Source: Azolla caroliniana
Lineage: Eukaryota > Plantae > Polypodiophyta
NCBI GenBank assembly: GCA_043228905.1
Contig: JBHGNT010000007.1
Coordinates: forward strand, 20,026,001 to 20,090,000
Length of the DNA stretch: 64,000 bases
Direction: 5' to 3'
Under the pieces are notes generated by a model. It was not told the DNA's origin, did not search any database, and worked only from the letters and a program-made list of their open reading frames with translations. Of the stretch, positions 63,331-64,000 are shown one piece after another (the first letter of the stretch is position 1; each line of letters opens with the position of its first letter). The translations under genes were made by a program, and so were the position numbers.

Positions 63331-64000
63331 ATGAAAGACTTAGTTTCTTCAATCTGATGCAACATGCTTTGCCAACATAGTACACATGAACTGAATTTTA
63401 TGTTTTTAGGATGACCTATCAAAAGAGAAGATGCGCAGAATTTAGAAAAATGAGGTCCATTGCAAGAGGATATCAAGCTTGATACAAGATCAGTGGATGT
63501 ATACTCCATGTAATGTGCTCTCAAGTAACGAAGATAAGTAATCGAGTAACTTCATATAAGAGGTAACATTACTTGGAGTCTTATGTACAGCAGTAAAATA
63601 TGTTAGCTTATATGCATGTCTCAAAGGTTTTGTCAGTACTTGGACCTCCCAAATGTTACACCATGCTGAGTCTGAATTTTAGGGCTGCAATTAGAAACAC
63701 GTTTTTAACACCACCAATAAGACCTATCACTTAATTTTGTTATCATGTGTTACATAATGATCAACAACTAGCAATATCCTTAGCTTGTAAACTATTCTAC
63801 CTTTACAAGTTGCCAAGTTGACTTAACTTCATCTTGAAGAATGGAACATCGTAATTAGTTTGTCTCCAGAACAGAAAAACATAAAAGAAATTCAACACTA
63901 GGAACCACTTACGAGTTCAAATTGGCTTCCATAATATGAAAAAGACCCACTTCAATGTCGATTCCACTATTGGTTTTATGCACAGATTTTCTTCAAATTA

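Overview
Eukaryotic land-plant nuclear DNA. The PPR style and a DYW:WW-like domain suggest a fern, and the gene density suggests a compact fern genome (inference). No CRISPR or prokaryotic system is present. Genes: the 5' part of a quinone oxidoreductase (MDR) gene, a PLS-E PPR gene, EB1, a 1-Cys peroxiredoxin carrying a large in-frame repeat insertion, a DeSI/PPPDE isopeptidase, the U11/U12 snRNP 35K gene, and a head-to-head cluster of four paralogous PLS PPR genes. Intergenic DNA holds L1-like and RTE/RTEX-like LINE 3' ends, tRNA-like SINEs, hAT-like MITEs (one with a nested solo LTR), U6 and tRNase Z pseudogenes, long compound microsatellites and many local tandem duplications. Most notable: (1) the peroxiredoxin locus, with a 28-aa repeat insertion, an upstream six-copy array built from a SINE head, and a SMART/ULI adapter sequence in place of its start codon (an assembly artefact); (2) the PPR cluster, whose C-terminal deaminase domain is eroded stepwise, including a near-full-length DYW:WW-like domain lacking the catalytic HxE. 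Neither is proven to be a new system. All calls come from reading the sequence by eye; no searches were run.
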